This document shows positions 49,301-62,391 of a stretch of DNA of 64,000 bases, piece by piece (position 1 is the first letter of the stretch; the number at the start of each line of letters is the position of its first letter). Both the position numbers and the translations under genes were made by a program. This DNA comes from Paragordius varius (lineage: Eukaryota; Animalia; Nematomorpha), in the NCBI GenBank assembly GCA_964247055.1, contig OZ176050.1:3224001-3288000 (forward strand). Direction: 5' to 3'. The notes under the pieces were generated by a model. The model made no database searches. It was not told the origin of the DNA and saw only the letters and a list, made by a program, of their open reading frames with translations.

Positions 49301-52170
49301 AAATGTCCTAAAATCATATTTTTTAGATCGATAACTTTTTCAATATGGTAAATTTTTGGCATAAATGAATCGGTTCCAATATTTTCACGTATTTTTTAAC
49401 AGTAATCCACTTATTAAATCCATGTTTTGACCCACTCTTTTCTCCAAATACGAGGCTTTTTACAAATAATTTTCAGGGTTGAAGCATATTCAAAAACATC
49501 ATATTTAATTAAGTTTAATAATGGCCATTAAATACTATACCATTTCTTAGATGAAAACGTTTTCCCAGTCAATCGAAACGTTTTCCTAGTCAATCGAAAC
49601 ATTTTCACAGTCAATCGAAACGTTTTCCCAGTCAATAAAATCATTTTCCCAATAAAAACGTTTTTCCAGTCAATGAAAACGGTTTTATTTTTGATGATAA
49701 ATATCAAAACAGGATATAAAAATAACTTTTAACCATTATCACCGTAATATTAGGATATTATTTTTTATTAAAACACAATTATTGGATGACAATTTTTCCA
49801 ATTATGTTCCAGTTCACAATCATTGACTTATTTAAAAGTTATATTTTTGATTTGGGATTTAGATAATATATGGTTCGTATTAAAATTTGCGGAACGCTTT
49901 AAAAAAGTTTCATTCAAGTTTGACGATGAAAATACTGTCGGAAAAAATATCTAAAAATTTTTTTTTCATAAAATGGTTTTGATTTATTATTTAATAAAAA
50001 AGACATTTGACTAATACAGGGGTGTCACACCAAAAGGCTTCGCTGGCCGTATTTTTAACTCAAAAGGACGGCGTTCCTCATTCGAAATATATACGGGTAT
50101 TCTTAAATAATTTTTTGATTAGACATAAGACTGTAAAATACAAACACAATATAATAATTTTTTTTAATAGGTTGCCAATTTAATAGACTCATTCAGAATA
50201 AATTGCGCAAGAAATATGAATTTTACTAAGATTTTGTGGGCATATTTTTGCATATGGATTTTCATTTTCGCGGGCCGCACAAAGATACTCGGAGGGCCGC
50301 GTTTGGCCCCCGCTGGACCTAATGATAAATATTATATAGAGTAGAGAAAAACTCATATTTAATATCCAATATGAAGTGTTAAATGACTTTAAAATAAAAA
50401 TGGTATATTTTTATTAATTTTATTATTTCATCCATAACTATAGATATTTTAAGTTAGCCGCAAATATTAATGCGAAACCTCAATATAAAAAATAAAATCT
50501 TAAAAATATCACAAATTCCAAAAATATAACTTTTAAAGAATAAGTCAATGATTGTGGACTGGAACATAATTGGAAAAATTGTCATTCAATTATTGTGTTT
50601 TTATATAAAATAATATCCTAATATTACGCTGATAATGGTGTAAAGATATTTTTATATCTTATTTGATACTTATCATCAAAAATAAAACCGTTTTTATTGA
50701 CTGGGAAAACGTTTTTATTGATTGGAAGACTGGGAAAATGTTTCGATTGACTCGGAAAATAAATTGTCCGCGCGTAAAATGATATAGTGGCAGGTCACAA
50801 GTATAATATAAGTTGATTATAACTATTTACCCCTCCTGATTTTAGGCTGTCGCAATCGTGGTTAGATATTGATAATTAGGGACACAAATTAATCACTCAT
50901 CAAAGAATTAGATGTCTTTCTTTTTGGCACATATAACAATTTTCTCAGCTTAATTAATATCAAATAATAATATACAGTTTAGAGTCTCTTTTTCCTTTTT
51001 ATATTAAAGGATAAGTAAGGACTTAAATTATATCCGGACTTGTGAAGGCTTTAACACTCACTTGCCCAGGGCTGACATTGATGATGGAAAAATTGCGTAG
51101 CTTCGGAGTTCGAACTCTGGCACGCAGTGTAAGAGTCCTGTGCCCTACCTACTACACCATCACGCCTTCGTTAAATAATGTAATTATCTTAAATATCTTA
51201 TTATAAGTTTTTATTAATCAAGCTTGTTTCAAGCAGCAGTTTTTAATTATCTAAGCACTGTATTTTAGATTTTCAACAATAACATCAAGCAATCCATAAT
51301 AATCGATATAAGATATACAAATTTTATCTGCACAATATAGCACTGTGGTACTCAAACAGCACCCCACGAGCCGCTCAGCCTTAATAATGCTTTTTATGGA
51401 GAATTATTTATTTAGTTTTTTAATATACTTATATTGAGCTATCTACAGAGTCAAACTTAGACATTTTTCCGGTATTCACGGCCCTTGAGACAAAATATTT
51501 TTTTGCGACTCCTTAAGATTATTTGGTGAGTGCCACTGAAATAACACGATATATATTCATTGTCCGAAAATTAATCGTTGTTCTACTTATCAATTATGTA
51601 AATAACATTAATATTTAATGATATTTATTAATTTTAGTGTATTGTGTGCTAAATCCCCCAGAATACTATGCTCACCGTATTCATCAAGCTTTAAAGGTAC
51701 AGTCTATATTTATACTGCTTTTATAATTAACATAAATTACTAATTATTGAATTTTCAATGTGATATCTTAGGGTCCAGGAACCAAAGAGAAAAAGTTGAT
51801 TAGATTATTGGTTAGTCGAAGTGAAACCGATTTACAGGACATCAAGGATGCCTATCAACAAAAATATGGGAAATCTTTGAAAAAAGCCATCGATGTATTT
51901 ATATTTTAATTTATATATAATGTAAAAAGAATCTTTTGTCTGGCCTCTAAAATAGGATAAATTATTTGGCTCATTAACACTAGCTACTATTTTTAATATA
52001 GAGTGATACATCCAGAAACTTAAGAAAAGTAGTAGATGGAATTATTGATGGCAATTAAAAATTAGGTATATTTATTACTTATTTTAAACATGTTTATATT
52101 ATAGGGTGATATATCTGGACAATATCAACACCTTATAAATGCTTTGCTGGAAGGCAATTCCTCACAATAA
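46380..52170 (+). CDS. Annexin with predicted signal peptide, long P/G/Q- and D/H-rich N-terminus and two alternative last exons (496/499 aa)
   Basis: Exons 46380-46445, 46958-47211, 47500-47681, 47803-47919, 48048-48142, 48219-48332, 48626-48716, 48796-48875, 48962-49012, 49097-49298, 51638-51696, 51772-51894, then 52002-52058 or 52105-52170; phases all consistent. Motifs [29 protein letters not shown]. Core certain; exon 1 inferred. Confidence 0.88.
46757..46925 (+). mobile_element. Decayed copy of the tRNA-derived SINE
   Basis: Body AATTTTTTCATCA..GCACTGGGCAG..TGTTAAAGC..TAATTTAAGT matches the reverse complement of 50990-51100. Confidence 0.55.
49550..50760. mobile_element. Foldback-type element with ~20-bp subrepeats at the outer ends
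   Basis: 49550-49860 inverted against 50520-50760; tandem GTCAATCGAAACGTTTTCCCA units. Confidence 0.75.
50017..50315. mobile_element. hAT (Charlie-type) MITE nested in the foldback loop
   Basis: Starts CAGGGGTGTC; GCGGGCCGCA/GGGCCGCG motifs; imperfect 8-bp flanks GACTAATA / GACCTAAT; core shared with 52314. Confidence 0.6.
50980..51166 (-). mobile_element. tRNA(Lys)-derived SINE
   Basis: - strand GGCGTGATGGTGTAGTAGGTAGGGCACAGGACTCTTACACTGCGTGCCAGAGTTCGAACTC: A box, CTT loop, B box, then a non-tRNA body; second copy at 46757. Confidence 0.7.
51343..51538. mobile_element. Small hAT-like MITE
   Basis: Imperfect TIR CTGTGGTACTCA / TGAGTGCCACTG. Confidence 0.45.
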
Positions 52171-52313
52171 AAATTCTTTAACCTATAATACACCAACTCG
52201 ATTTGAAACTGCATATTTTATTATTTTAATAGAATAGATATTCAAAATTCTAGTCTAATAATTCTAATAATATTTTATCTTTAATAAATTTCTTTCATTT
52301 GAAAACTCTAATA

Positions 52314-52587
52314 AAGGGGTGTCCAACACAAATAACTCCCCAGGCCTTATTTTCAAGGATTATTGGTATCTACATATGGTAATTCACAATTATTTAATAA
52401 TATTTCCGACATAAACTGTAAAATACAAACAAAATATAATAATTGCTTCTGCTTAGTTACAATCGTATAGACTTATTTTAAAATTGTTATGAAAATCAAT
52501 TTAACTAAGATTTATGTCCATATTTTTGCAAAAGGATTTAGATTTTTTGCGCCCACATGTTAGAAAGCCGCATGTTGGACACCCCTG
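52314..52587. mobile_element. hAT (Charlie-type) MITE
   Basis: TIR (A)AGGGGTGTCCAAC / GTTGGACACCCCTG. Confidence 0.7.
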
Positions 52588-53689
52588 CATAAATAAAATG
52601 TGTATGGATAAAAGAAAATCGATGACTCTACGATCGGAAAATTGTCCCTTTTTATAACAGATGAATCAAAAATTGGGTATATATACACCAATAATTGATA
52701 TAAATAATTTTAAAATAGTATTTGTTGGATGTAAGCCATATTATATATAATAAACTTTTTAAAAATTAAAAAACAACTCTAATTTATAGATGATCTTTCA
52801 TATATCATTCATCTTCGCTGTTATATCTTTGAGTATCATATATAAAGATTTTGATGATAAAAATATTGCGATCGGCATTGTCATATAATTTAGTTTAGTT
52901 AGAACCGTGTTATGCGATACAATTGCAAATTCATTTTTTACACTCTATTTATGCTCATTTAACTTACTGGTTTAGATTAACTTAGTAACATGCATACACA
53001 ATATATAAGATATTCTCATCGCAAAATCTCATTATTAATTAGTTTATTTTAGTTTACTAGTCTTTATAGACTTTCAGTATCACATTTTAAAATTAATTTT
53101 TTTAAAATAGCCTTTTTTAATCTAGTTTATTTATTGATTTTTGGAATGTAGTATTTAGCTTTAACCTAAAATAAGGCAGCACGATGTGCGCAAATTTTTC
53201 GTTTTTCATATTTTAATGACTTAACGCTTAAAATCAAAAGTATGAGAATTATACATTTTTTTATCAATTTACATATTTTATCATGTTTTTTTAAACCACA
53301 TCGCCGCTCTGTGTATTCTTTAAATCATGTTTACCGGATTAAATAGGATTCAACAATCGGGTTTTACTTGGACGAAAAATCGGATTTAATTTTTAAAGAT
53401 AGTCACAGAATCATCAAAAAATATAAAAAAATTTAACGATACTGAAAAGACTTATATTAATTAATATATCCATGTTTGATACTTTTCTCGATCCTCTGCG
53501 AAAATGGAGTCCTAACTAGAGATAAATATAAATACTTCTACGTTAAACAGCATATTATATCGCAATTCACTCATGTAAACACATGCTTTTAATCGAGTGG
53601 GAAAGGTACGGTATACCTACCCATCTCGTATCGATATTTTTTTTACCAAAAACATTAATTTTATACCTTCTCCGAATATTAGAAATAGT

Positions 53690-56600
53690 TAGATTCTATT
53701 TCTTGCATATCCATAACATATTTCTTATCACATTCTCCCATTCTAAGCACATTCTGCTGATGTTGAAATCACGTAATCTCAGCATCCGCATCGCCACGTG
53801 GAACTTACGTGGAGCCTACAAAAACCACAAACAAGATATTGTCGTTAACGAAATGACTAAGCATAAAATTGACATACAAGGAATTTCAGAATCACACATT
53901 CCCTCTACCGGAACTTTAGAATTTGACAATCATATTTTGTATTATTCCGGCCACGACTCGTTAAAATACAACGGTGTCGGCATAATAATGAACAAAAAAC
54001 TAGCTAACTTATCGGACATTTTTAATCCAATCAATGATCGTATTATTGCAATCCGCATACAAACTACCCCTCAACCCATTCCTCCAAATTTACGCATCTA
54101 CCTCCTCTTACAGCGATGACGACTGTGAAAAATTTTATAGCGATCTCGACTTGGCGATTTTCCAAATTTCAAAAAAGGATATCACATTTATCTTAGGCGA
54201 CTTCAACTCAATCATCGGAATAGACAAAACACCTCCTATGACGGGCGGCATGGGCTTGGGCATAAAAAACGAGAGAGGAGACAGATTGATCGAATTTTGT
54301 GCTAACCATTGTTTCTTCGTCGCAAACACTTTTTTAAACAGCCCAAACGACGTCTATACACATGGCGTTCCCCGTGTCAAAGATACCGTAACCAAATTGA
54401 CTTCTTAGGTATGGTAAAATACAAAAGTTCATTTCATAATGTCAAATGCCTACCAGGATCGGATTGCTACAGCGACCACAACCTATTGATCGCCAAACTC
54501 CGCATTAAATTACAACTTCCTAAAACATCCAAACCCACAAGAACAAGATTAGATTATGATACAATCGACGACATGTTTAGCACCGCTTTATCAAATCGTT
54601 TCGATTGTCTTGATCATAATTCCGAAAACTATCAGGATATAAACTTCTTTTGGAACGCTATATAATAATCTCCGAGACGCAGCCGACGAAATTATTCGGC
54701 CTCTCATACGCAATAAACAAAAAATAAAATTGTCAACCAAAAGTCTTGAGATCGCAGAAAAACGTAGAGAATCCAAAATTAAATGAAAATGGGATGAATA
54801 CAAACAACTAAACAGTGAATTTCAGAAGAGTGCAAGAGAGGACAAAAATAAGTATTATGACCAACTATGTGAAAAATTAGAAACAAACGCCAAAAATAAC
54901 CGAAACCTTTTTGCTCATGCAAACAATATTATTCCACATAAAAAAAGTTTTTTTTAAGGGACCTATACGACAACAACTCAATCGTCACTAAAAAAGACGA
55001 AATTCGCAAACTATGGCATAAACACATAAGCAAACTATACAATGTAAATAACCCCCCGACTATTAACGAACTTTCTCAACAAAAAGAACCACCTATTATG
55101 AAAGAAGAAGTGGAACTCGCGATAAAACACTCTAGCACTACTGAAATAATAAAATATATTCCAATCGATATACTTCACCAAATTATTTCAAACCATATTT
55201 GAGATGGAAAAAATTCCTGAGGATTGGTGCACATCCATTATGATTCAGATTTTAAAAAAGGGTAACCCAGAACTGTGCGACAACTATCGCACCATAGCGC
55301 TCATAACCAGGTGTCCAAAGTTTTTCTAAAATAATACAGTTTCGATTAAATACCATTCTTGACCCCGAGATATCCACGATTCAGGCTGGTTTTCGAAAAG
55401 GTAGAGGATGCCGAGATATGATATGTAATATGAGGTGGATAATCGAGAAACACATCGAATTTAACAAAGAATTGCATATGTGCTTTGTCGATTTATCCAA
55501 AGCATTTGATTCCATCTAGCATAATAAACTACGGAAAGCTCTAAAACAACTTGGAGTGTCAACACATCTAATCAACGTCATATTTTCAATATACTTAAAT
55601 TCCACGGCTGTAATATCTACACCTCACGGTATATCTAAGGTGACCAGATTTTTTGAAGGAAAAAGCGGGACAAATCTGAGAAAGGGGGGGGGTCATTGGG
55701 GGGTACAACCAAAAGATTTTATTCAAAAAATTTATTGTAATATTTATTTATTTTTAACACAGATACATTATAAATATAAAAAAATTAGTACCTTACAGGT
55801 TGTTTGTACCTTATTCAATAAATTTACATGTGCACGAACAAAGGGTGAAGTGATTGTAATATTCTAGAAAAAATTATAAAGACGAAATCATCATAAAATG
55901 CGCTGGGTGATGCAAGAAGCGACAAAAAATATTTTAATCAATTTAGCGAATAATCTTAATCAAAAAATTATTGGCAGATACACAACGCTATTCAAACAGC
56001 TATTGATTTTTTACCCCTGGATGTGGTAAATATAGATGTTAAAATGCTTGGATATTGTAGAACTGTTGGTTAACTCTTTTGCCAGCGATTGAAATATTTA
56101 TAAAAATGTGATTTCCTAGAATCCTATTTTTTATCACAGGACAAAGGTCAAAATTCCAAGTCAAAAAAGGTTAGAAAATAATTATATACCATTACCTAAT
56201 CGCAATATTATAAAGCATCCAGAAAAACAAGGCTCAATGAATAGCCAGAATATAAAAATGTTTTATACAAACAGAAACGATTATTTGGAAGACAAGAGGC
56301 TGCATAATGACACTTTTTTAGTCTCATTATTAAATAAATATATTGAATGAAAACTTATATTATGGACAAAAGAAAAAAATACGTAGGAGAGAAATGGTTA
56401 AAATAATCATTTTTAAACAAATTATGTTCCATACAATAATATTTTAATCGTAGAATTTACATTATCTTTACATGAACCACTGCCATTGAACGCGTTTTTC
56501 CACAGCAAATTAAGTAAGGAAACGGAATCAAATTTAAATGTTGAATATATGCCATTTTATGTGTTCAAACATAATTTGACAAATTATGAAGACTTATACA

Positions 56601-59600
56601 ATATTTTAAGTAATTTTGTTTATTTTTTAACATAAAAACTTTATTAATATAAGAAAATATTTTCTTCTTTGGTATATTTTTTGTTTGAGTGAATGCGTTT
56701 TAGCGGATTGTCATTTTAAAAATATTATAGAAGTCTTCACAAGAATGTGTCTAATTATATTTGACAGATAAAAGGGCCTTTAAAGGTTCAACATTTAAAT
56801 TTGATTTTTTCGATGTCCACACATATACTGTGGAAAAAACGCGCTCAGTAGCAGCGTTGGTTCCAGGTAAAGATAGTGCGAATTCCACAATTTTAATATT
56901 ATGTATGTAATTATAGTTGGCTTCAAAATGATAAAATATTTCCAACCATTTCTTTTCTACTGTATATTTTTCTTTTGTCCATAATTTAAGGAAAGATAAC
57001 TTTTTGAAAATTTTTGGGAACAGATATAATCAAATGATTTTTGAACATCGCACCAATTAAATTCTGTTTTTATTGTTATCCAAAGAAAATGATTAATTTC
57101 ATTGAATTGCGTCGTCCAGTCTTCCAAATAATTTTTACAGTTTGTATAAAATATTTTTATATGGTACAGGATATCTTGGCGATTTTTTAAGCCTTGTTTT
57201 TCTAAATTATTTATTATATTGCGGATGGTTAATGGTATAAAATTATTTTCTAACCGTTCTTGACATTGGAATTTTAGGTTACTAACTTAATTGGCTACTT
57301 CGATTGCCGAAATTTTGTCACCTTCTATAAATTTAATAACATTTTGAAAGAGAGAAGCTTGATTATGTAAGAATTCTAACCATATTTTTGAAGAATCACT
57401 TTTAAAAACTTTTTTAAAGTTGTAGGACATTTGTCCTGTGGTAAAAAATGATTTTAAAGTATCATACATTTTTAAAATTCTTTCGATAGCTGGCATAAAA
57501 GCTAACCAACGAGTTTTACAATATCCAAGCATTTTTTGATATTGAATTTCTGCATTTTCACAGAATTCTTTAAGCGTTTCAACACGTACCGTTTATATAT
57601 AAAAATAGGAATATATTTTAACAACTACATTTTCCACATCTAGGGGTAACAAATCAGCAGCTGTTTGAATATCATTGGGTATTATATGCGCTGCACACCC
57701 AACGCCAATGTTTTGATTAAGGTTTTCTGCTAATTTATGAAAAATATTTTTTGTTCCCCTCCTTGCTCCGAAGTTCGTATTGGTGTTGTCAGCGCAATAT
57801 GCGATAATTTTATCTTTAAAATTATTTTATTATAGAATATGCATTACTGAAGTAAATATTATTTCGGAATTTTTACCGGGTAAAATTAAATCTAAAATTT
57901 TAATTTTTACTCCGGTTTCTGAATCAAAATATCTTATTAAAGTGAGAAATAATTTTGTTTCATGGTGATTTGATGATCAGAGTATAGGGATAAGAAATTA
58001 ATTTTCAGCAAATCTTTTTGTATTTCAGAAAATGCATGTGGCGAAAGGACATTGCACACAATGGCTTCAGCCTTTGTACGGGCACATGTAAATTTTTTAT
58101 GGAATAAGGTACGAATAACCTGTGAGGTACAATCCATGGATCTAAAGGATTGATTGTGATTAACCGCGTGAAAAGATAAAACGCCTTCGGCTAGTGCCAA
58201 ATTCTTTTCTTCTTCTCCAAAAGCGGTTTTTCGAAAAAAAATCGCTCATTTTGTAAGATGATGCCGCCATATCTAAACATTTTATATGTTGTGTTTCCAC
58301 ATGCTTTGTAATATCATGCTTGCCGCCATGTGCTAGAGTGAATTCCCCCTCGCATATAAGACATTTAATTGATTGATTATTCGTTTTTTTGATAAAAGAA
58401 AATTCTTTCATTAATTCATCGTTGAATTTACAACCTCTTTTTGTGCTCATATTTATAAACTACGATTAGCATATTATTACTTATATTACCTTAATTTTCT
58501 GAAATAAACGTGTAAGCTACTGATTTGTGGTATCAATTTGTCTTTTAATCTAAAGATTTGTGGTATTAACTTGGCTTTTTGATAATGATGATAGTAGTAG
58601 TAGGAAGCAAAGTGTATAATCATATGATATAAATTCGAAAAAAATAAATATTTTTAATTTAAAAATAAAAAATTTTAATTTAAAATTGAATAGATTTTAA
58701 AGATATTTGATGATAAAAAAAATTTATTTGTGTTAAAAAAATTTTTTTTATATAATCGGGAAAAAGCGGGACATTTTGAAAACGTAGCGGGAGGCGGAAC
58801 AAAGTGTGAAAAAGCGGGACTGTCCCGCCAAAAGCGGGACGTCTGGTCACCTTAGGTATATCTGACTCATGTAAGGTAAAAGTCGGCCTCCGTCAAGGAT
58901 GCGTTTTATCACCAATTCTTTTTAACGCATACCTGGAGTGCATTATAAGAAACATCCCACAAACTTATGGCATCAATGTAGGTGGAAACCTACTTACATC
59001 CGTTCACTACGCGGATGATACAGTCCTATTCGCAGACAGTGTAGACACATTATCGCAAGCCTTGCAAGTGTTTACAACTGAATGCAATAATTTTGGATTA
59101 AATATCAATTTCAAAAAAACAAAAGTCATGCAAATAAATCCGGCTCAAACCAATCCAATAATCCTCAACGGCAACCAGATCGAAACAGTTAGCAGCCACA
59201 CGTACTTAGATAGCAGTATTAATAGTGAGAACAACTCTACGCCAGAAATAAAGCAAAGAATTGCTATTGCTAAAGCAGTAACTTTTAAATATAACAGGAT
59301 TTGGATGTCGCATGACATTAAACTACAAACCAAAATCAGATTAATTAAAGGTACAGTTTTTCCCTTCTTCATGTATGGGGGGGGGGGAAAGCTGGCTGAA
59401 AAAATATGATGAACGTCAAATAAACTCTTTCGAATTATGGGTTTGGAGGAAACTTCTTTAAACAAAATGGACAGACAAAGTTTCAAACACCACCATTCTA
59501 AATAAAATTAACCCAGAAATGTCACTTCTAGGCAGCTTAATACGGCAAAAACTCTCCTTCTTCGGGCACATTATGAGATCCAACTCACTTGAAAAATCAC

Positions 59601-59800
59601 TGATGCTGGGGAAAGTGAGTGGTGCCCGAAAGGGAGAAGACGAACTCGTTGGATGGATAACATCCTCAAAGAAACCAACCAATCATTATCCGAACTCAAC
59701 ACCAGACCTGGCAATCGCAGTGAATGGAGAAGCTATATTTTCAATGTTGCAGTTAGTCGGAATCGACCTTAGCAAACAACAACAATGGGCGAAGACAAAG
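53690..59800 (+). mobile_element. Decayed RTE-clade LINE (APE + RT) split by a hAT insertion
   Basis: APE IATWNLRG..GISESH..GDFNS..SDH at 53770-54500; RT NYRTIAL, AGFR, FVDLSKAFD before 55635 and GLRQGCVLSP, YADD after 58863; C-terminus FFGHIMRSNSLEK. Boundaries approximate. Confidence 0.88.
55636..58854 (-). mobile_element. hAT-Blackjack-like DNA transposon with degraded transposase
   Basis: Perfect 13-bp TIR TAAGGTGACCAGA; 8-bp TSD GGTATATC at 55628-55635 and 58855-58862; subterminal AAAGCGGGAC repeats; - strand BED finger (CLIC..H..H, from 58450), CKTRW, and LSLPGTNAATERVFS dimerization motif. Confidence 0.92.
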
Positions 59801-62391
59801 GCTTAATCTAAATAATTTCGTTAACATATAGATAAATTAATTTAGAAACTATCGCATTTATATTTCTGCAATTCCGAATGTTTCTGTTTGAATGTTGGGA
59901 AGAACGAACTAAAAAAAAACCCTTAAATGGTTTAATATAAACTATATATATTTATATCAAAACTCTAAAAATAAGCCTGTTTTTAGGTGTTCGTTTTATA
60001 TATTTATGCCAAAGTTCTCTAATATTAAGTAAGAGCTTTTTGCAACTAATTTTTTAATAAACCACTTTTATATTTTATCTAAAATTAAATATCATTAACA
60101 TATTTTTTGAGGAGAGAATTTATAAAATAATATATATAAAAGGGTTAAAAATGCCTATTAAATTCAAAATATTGTGTGACAGCTAAATTTGGAATTTATG
60201 TTACCTGGTATCGAAATTTTATAAAATAAATTGATCCAAAATCAATGAAAAAACATTAAATATTTGTTTTGAAAAGCATATTTTAATACATATATATAAA
60301 ATAATAGACCATATAGAGAAAATAGTTAAATTAGATTTCGGTAAAAATTCAGTGTGTAATTATTTACAACAATCAAATTATATTACAATAAAATAGAATG
60401 ATTCTACATTATATTCGATAAATTCACTAATATATAAACAATTATGCTAAATTTGTCCACGTTAGGTAATCAATTATTTGTTAAACACAAAAATTTTAAA
60501 TTTAATTAAAAATAATTGATATTTATGCATACATATATTTTTTACATGCCATCTAGTTATTGATATATAAATGTACAAAGGGAATTTTTATGTTATTTAC
60601 TTACTAAACACATAAAAATTGAATTATTTAATAATTGTACTAATATTTAAAAATTAATATTAGTGTGCCGCAAATTGGTAAAAATAAATAAGAATTAATT
60701 CATCAATACTTATACTAGGTTAAAGCTTTTGCTTATCCTCTCATATGAAAAATTTATTTTTTATGGAAATGATTTTCTTGTAAATTTTCCACAAAATTCC
60801 GTGTCCGTGTTATATACAAAGTTAAATTTAGTATGAAGAGGGTATGATTATAAGTAAAGATTTACTTTTTACTCATATTCACAGTAATTATTTGATTATA
60901 TTGACAAAAATTTAAAAATGCTATTGTAATACAGTATAATGGATGAAAAAATGAAACCATCTGACTTAAAAAGACCAGTCGGTTGACACTTTTCCCAAAA
61001 CCGTTAATTTTTAAGGAATATGTGCAATCGGATAGATGTTCAATTATCCTATCGAACCGAATAACTTGGTTGTGTATTAAATCACTTATATATATATTGG
61101 AGCTAAAATCATCATTAGTATTTTAGATTTTATTAGAAAATAAATTTATATATGCGTTTATGTCTAACTAATGATGCCCGAATGACGGGAGATATATTTT
61201 GATTAAACCTAGAACGGTTTTTCAAATGTGTTTATGACGAAAAAAATTGCTGGTATTACCAAAAAAAATTTTCTTTGTTAATTATTTACATTTAAATTAA
61301 CAACAAAATAACTATTATGTCTAAAGTCGTGTAATTTTAAGTTATTCATTTTTTTCCAAGGCTTATTTTTGATTTACCCACGGGTTTTTCGGTATGTGGT
61401 GTATGAGTCTGGCTAGTAGTTATTAAAAATAGCTCTATATAATAAATGTTTGATATGATTTGTCAACATAAGCTGTATTTTTATACAATTTTAAACCTTA
61501 GAATTAATATTTAAAATAGTTTAATTTTTTAAAAAAAATAAAAAAATATTTTCAAATTATGATAAAAAATTAAAAATCTTATCTATAGAGGCTACATGTA
61601 GTTGGCTACAATCGAGCTAGGAAAGGGACAAATTAAATATATTAGATATTATTATAAACTCATATGTCGTGTAAATACCCCTATGTCATATAACAATACT
61701 TGTTTTTTTTTTCACATACAAATCGTTGTTTTAAAATTCTTATCAATATTAGATCCAATAATAAACGCTATCTATAATCATAAAATATTCATCATGTTAA
61801 TAAAATGATTTAGCACATATTATCTCTACTCCTTAACCGATGATTCTTCTAAATATAAATTAGTAAAGGTTGACACATTATAATAAATATCTAAAAAATA
61901 TTTGAGTTTATTTGATTATGACGCCCGTATAATAGAGTATAGTAAATATCCATAGTTTTTTATTACTCGGATGGATACAGGAATTTTTTATATTATTTTG
62001 TTGGCTGAAAATTATATTTTTACTTTTAACTGCTATTAACAATAATATTTCTCTGCGTTGCATATGCTATCTCGCATAATTTAATGAAAAATAGATATGC
62101 ATTTAGCTCCGCAAATCATAAAATTAATTTTAATATTTAATTAACTCCAAAATACCAAGTAAAGCTTAAAAGTTTTATTTTCATGAGATAGTATGAAAAA
62201 TATTAAAATTTTCATTGAACATAATATGTGATATCGCGAATTCAATTGTTTATTTATCAAAAAGTATTCTACAAAAAGTTTTGATGATTGTTTTCTCAAT
62301 TTTTTATATTTCTTAATTTATTATTTGAACCTTTTATATCCATTAAAAAAAATAATTTAATTGTTCGATACTGCTGAAACCGAGAGATAGC

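Noticed and set aside
51100-51166. Functional tRNA-Lys gene
   Set aside because: The acceptor and anticodon stems pair poorly, and the sequence continues into a body repeated at 46757; it is a SINE head.
15358-52170. Ciliate-like alternative genetic code to explain the tiny introns
   Set aside because: Conserved genes end at TAA or TGA at the expected positions, and no internal TAA/TAG is needed in the exons. Gene content (class A GPCR, CSGalNAcT, VWC) is animal-like.
59900-62300. Possible hidden gene or transposase relic
   Set aside because: I found no splice-consistent ORF or recognisable motif on either strand.
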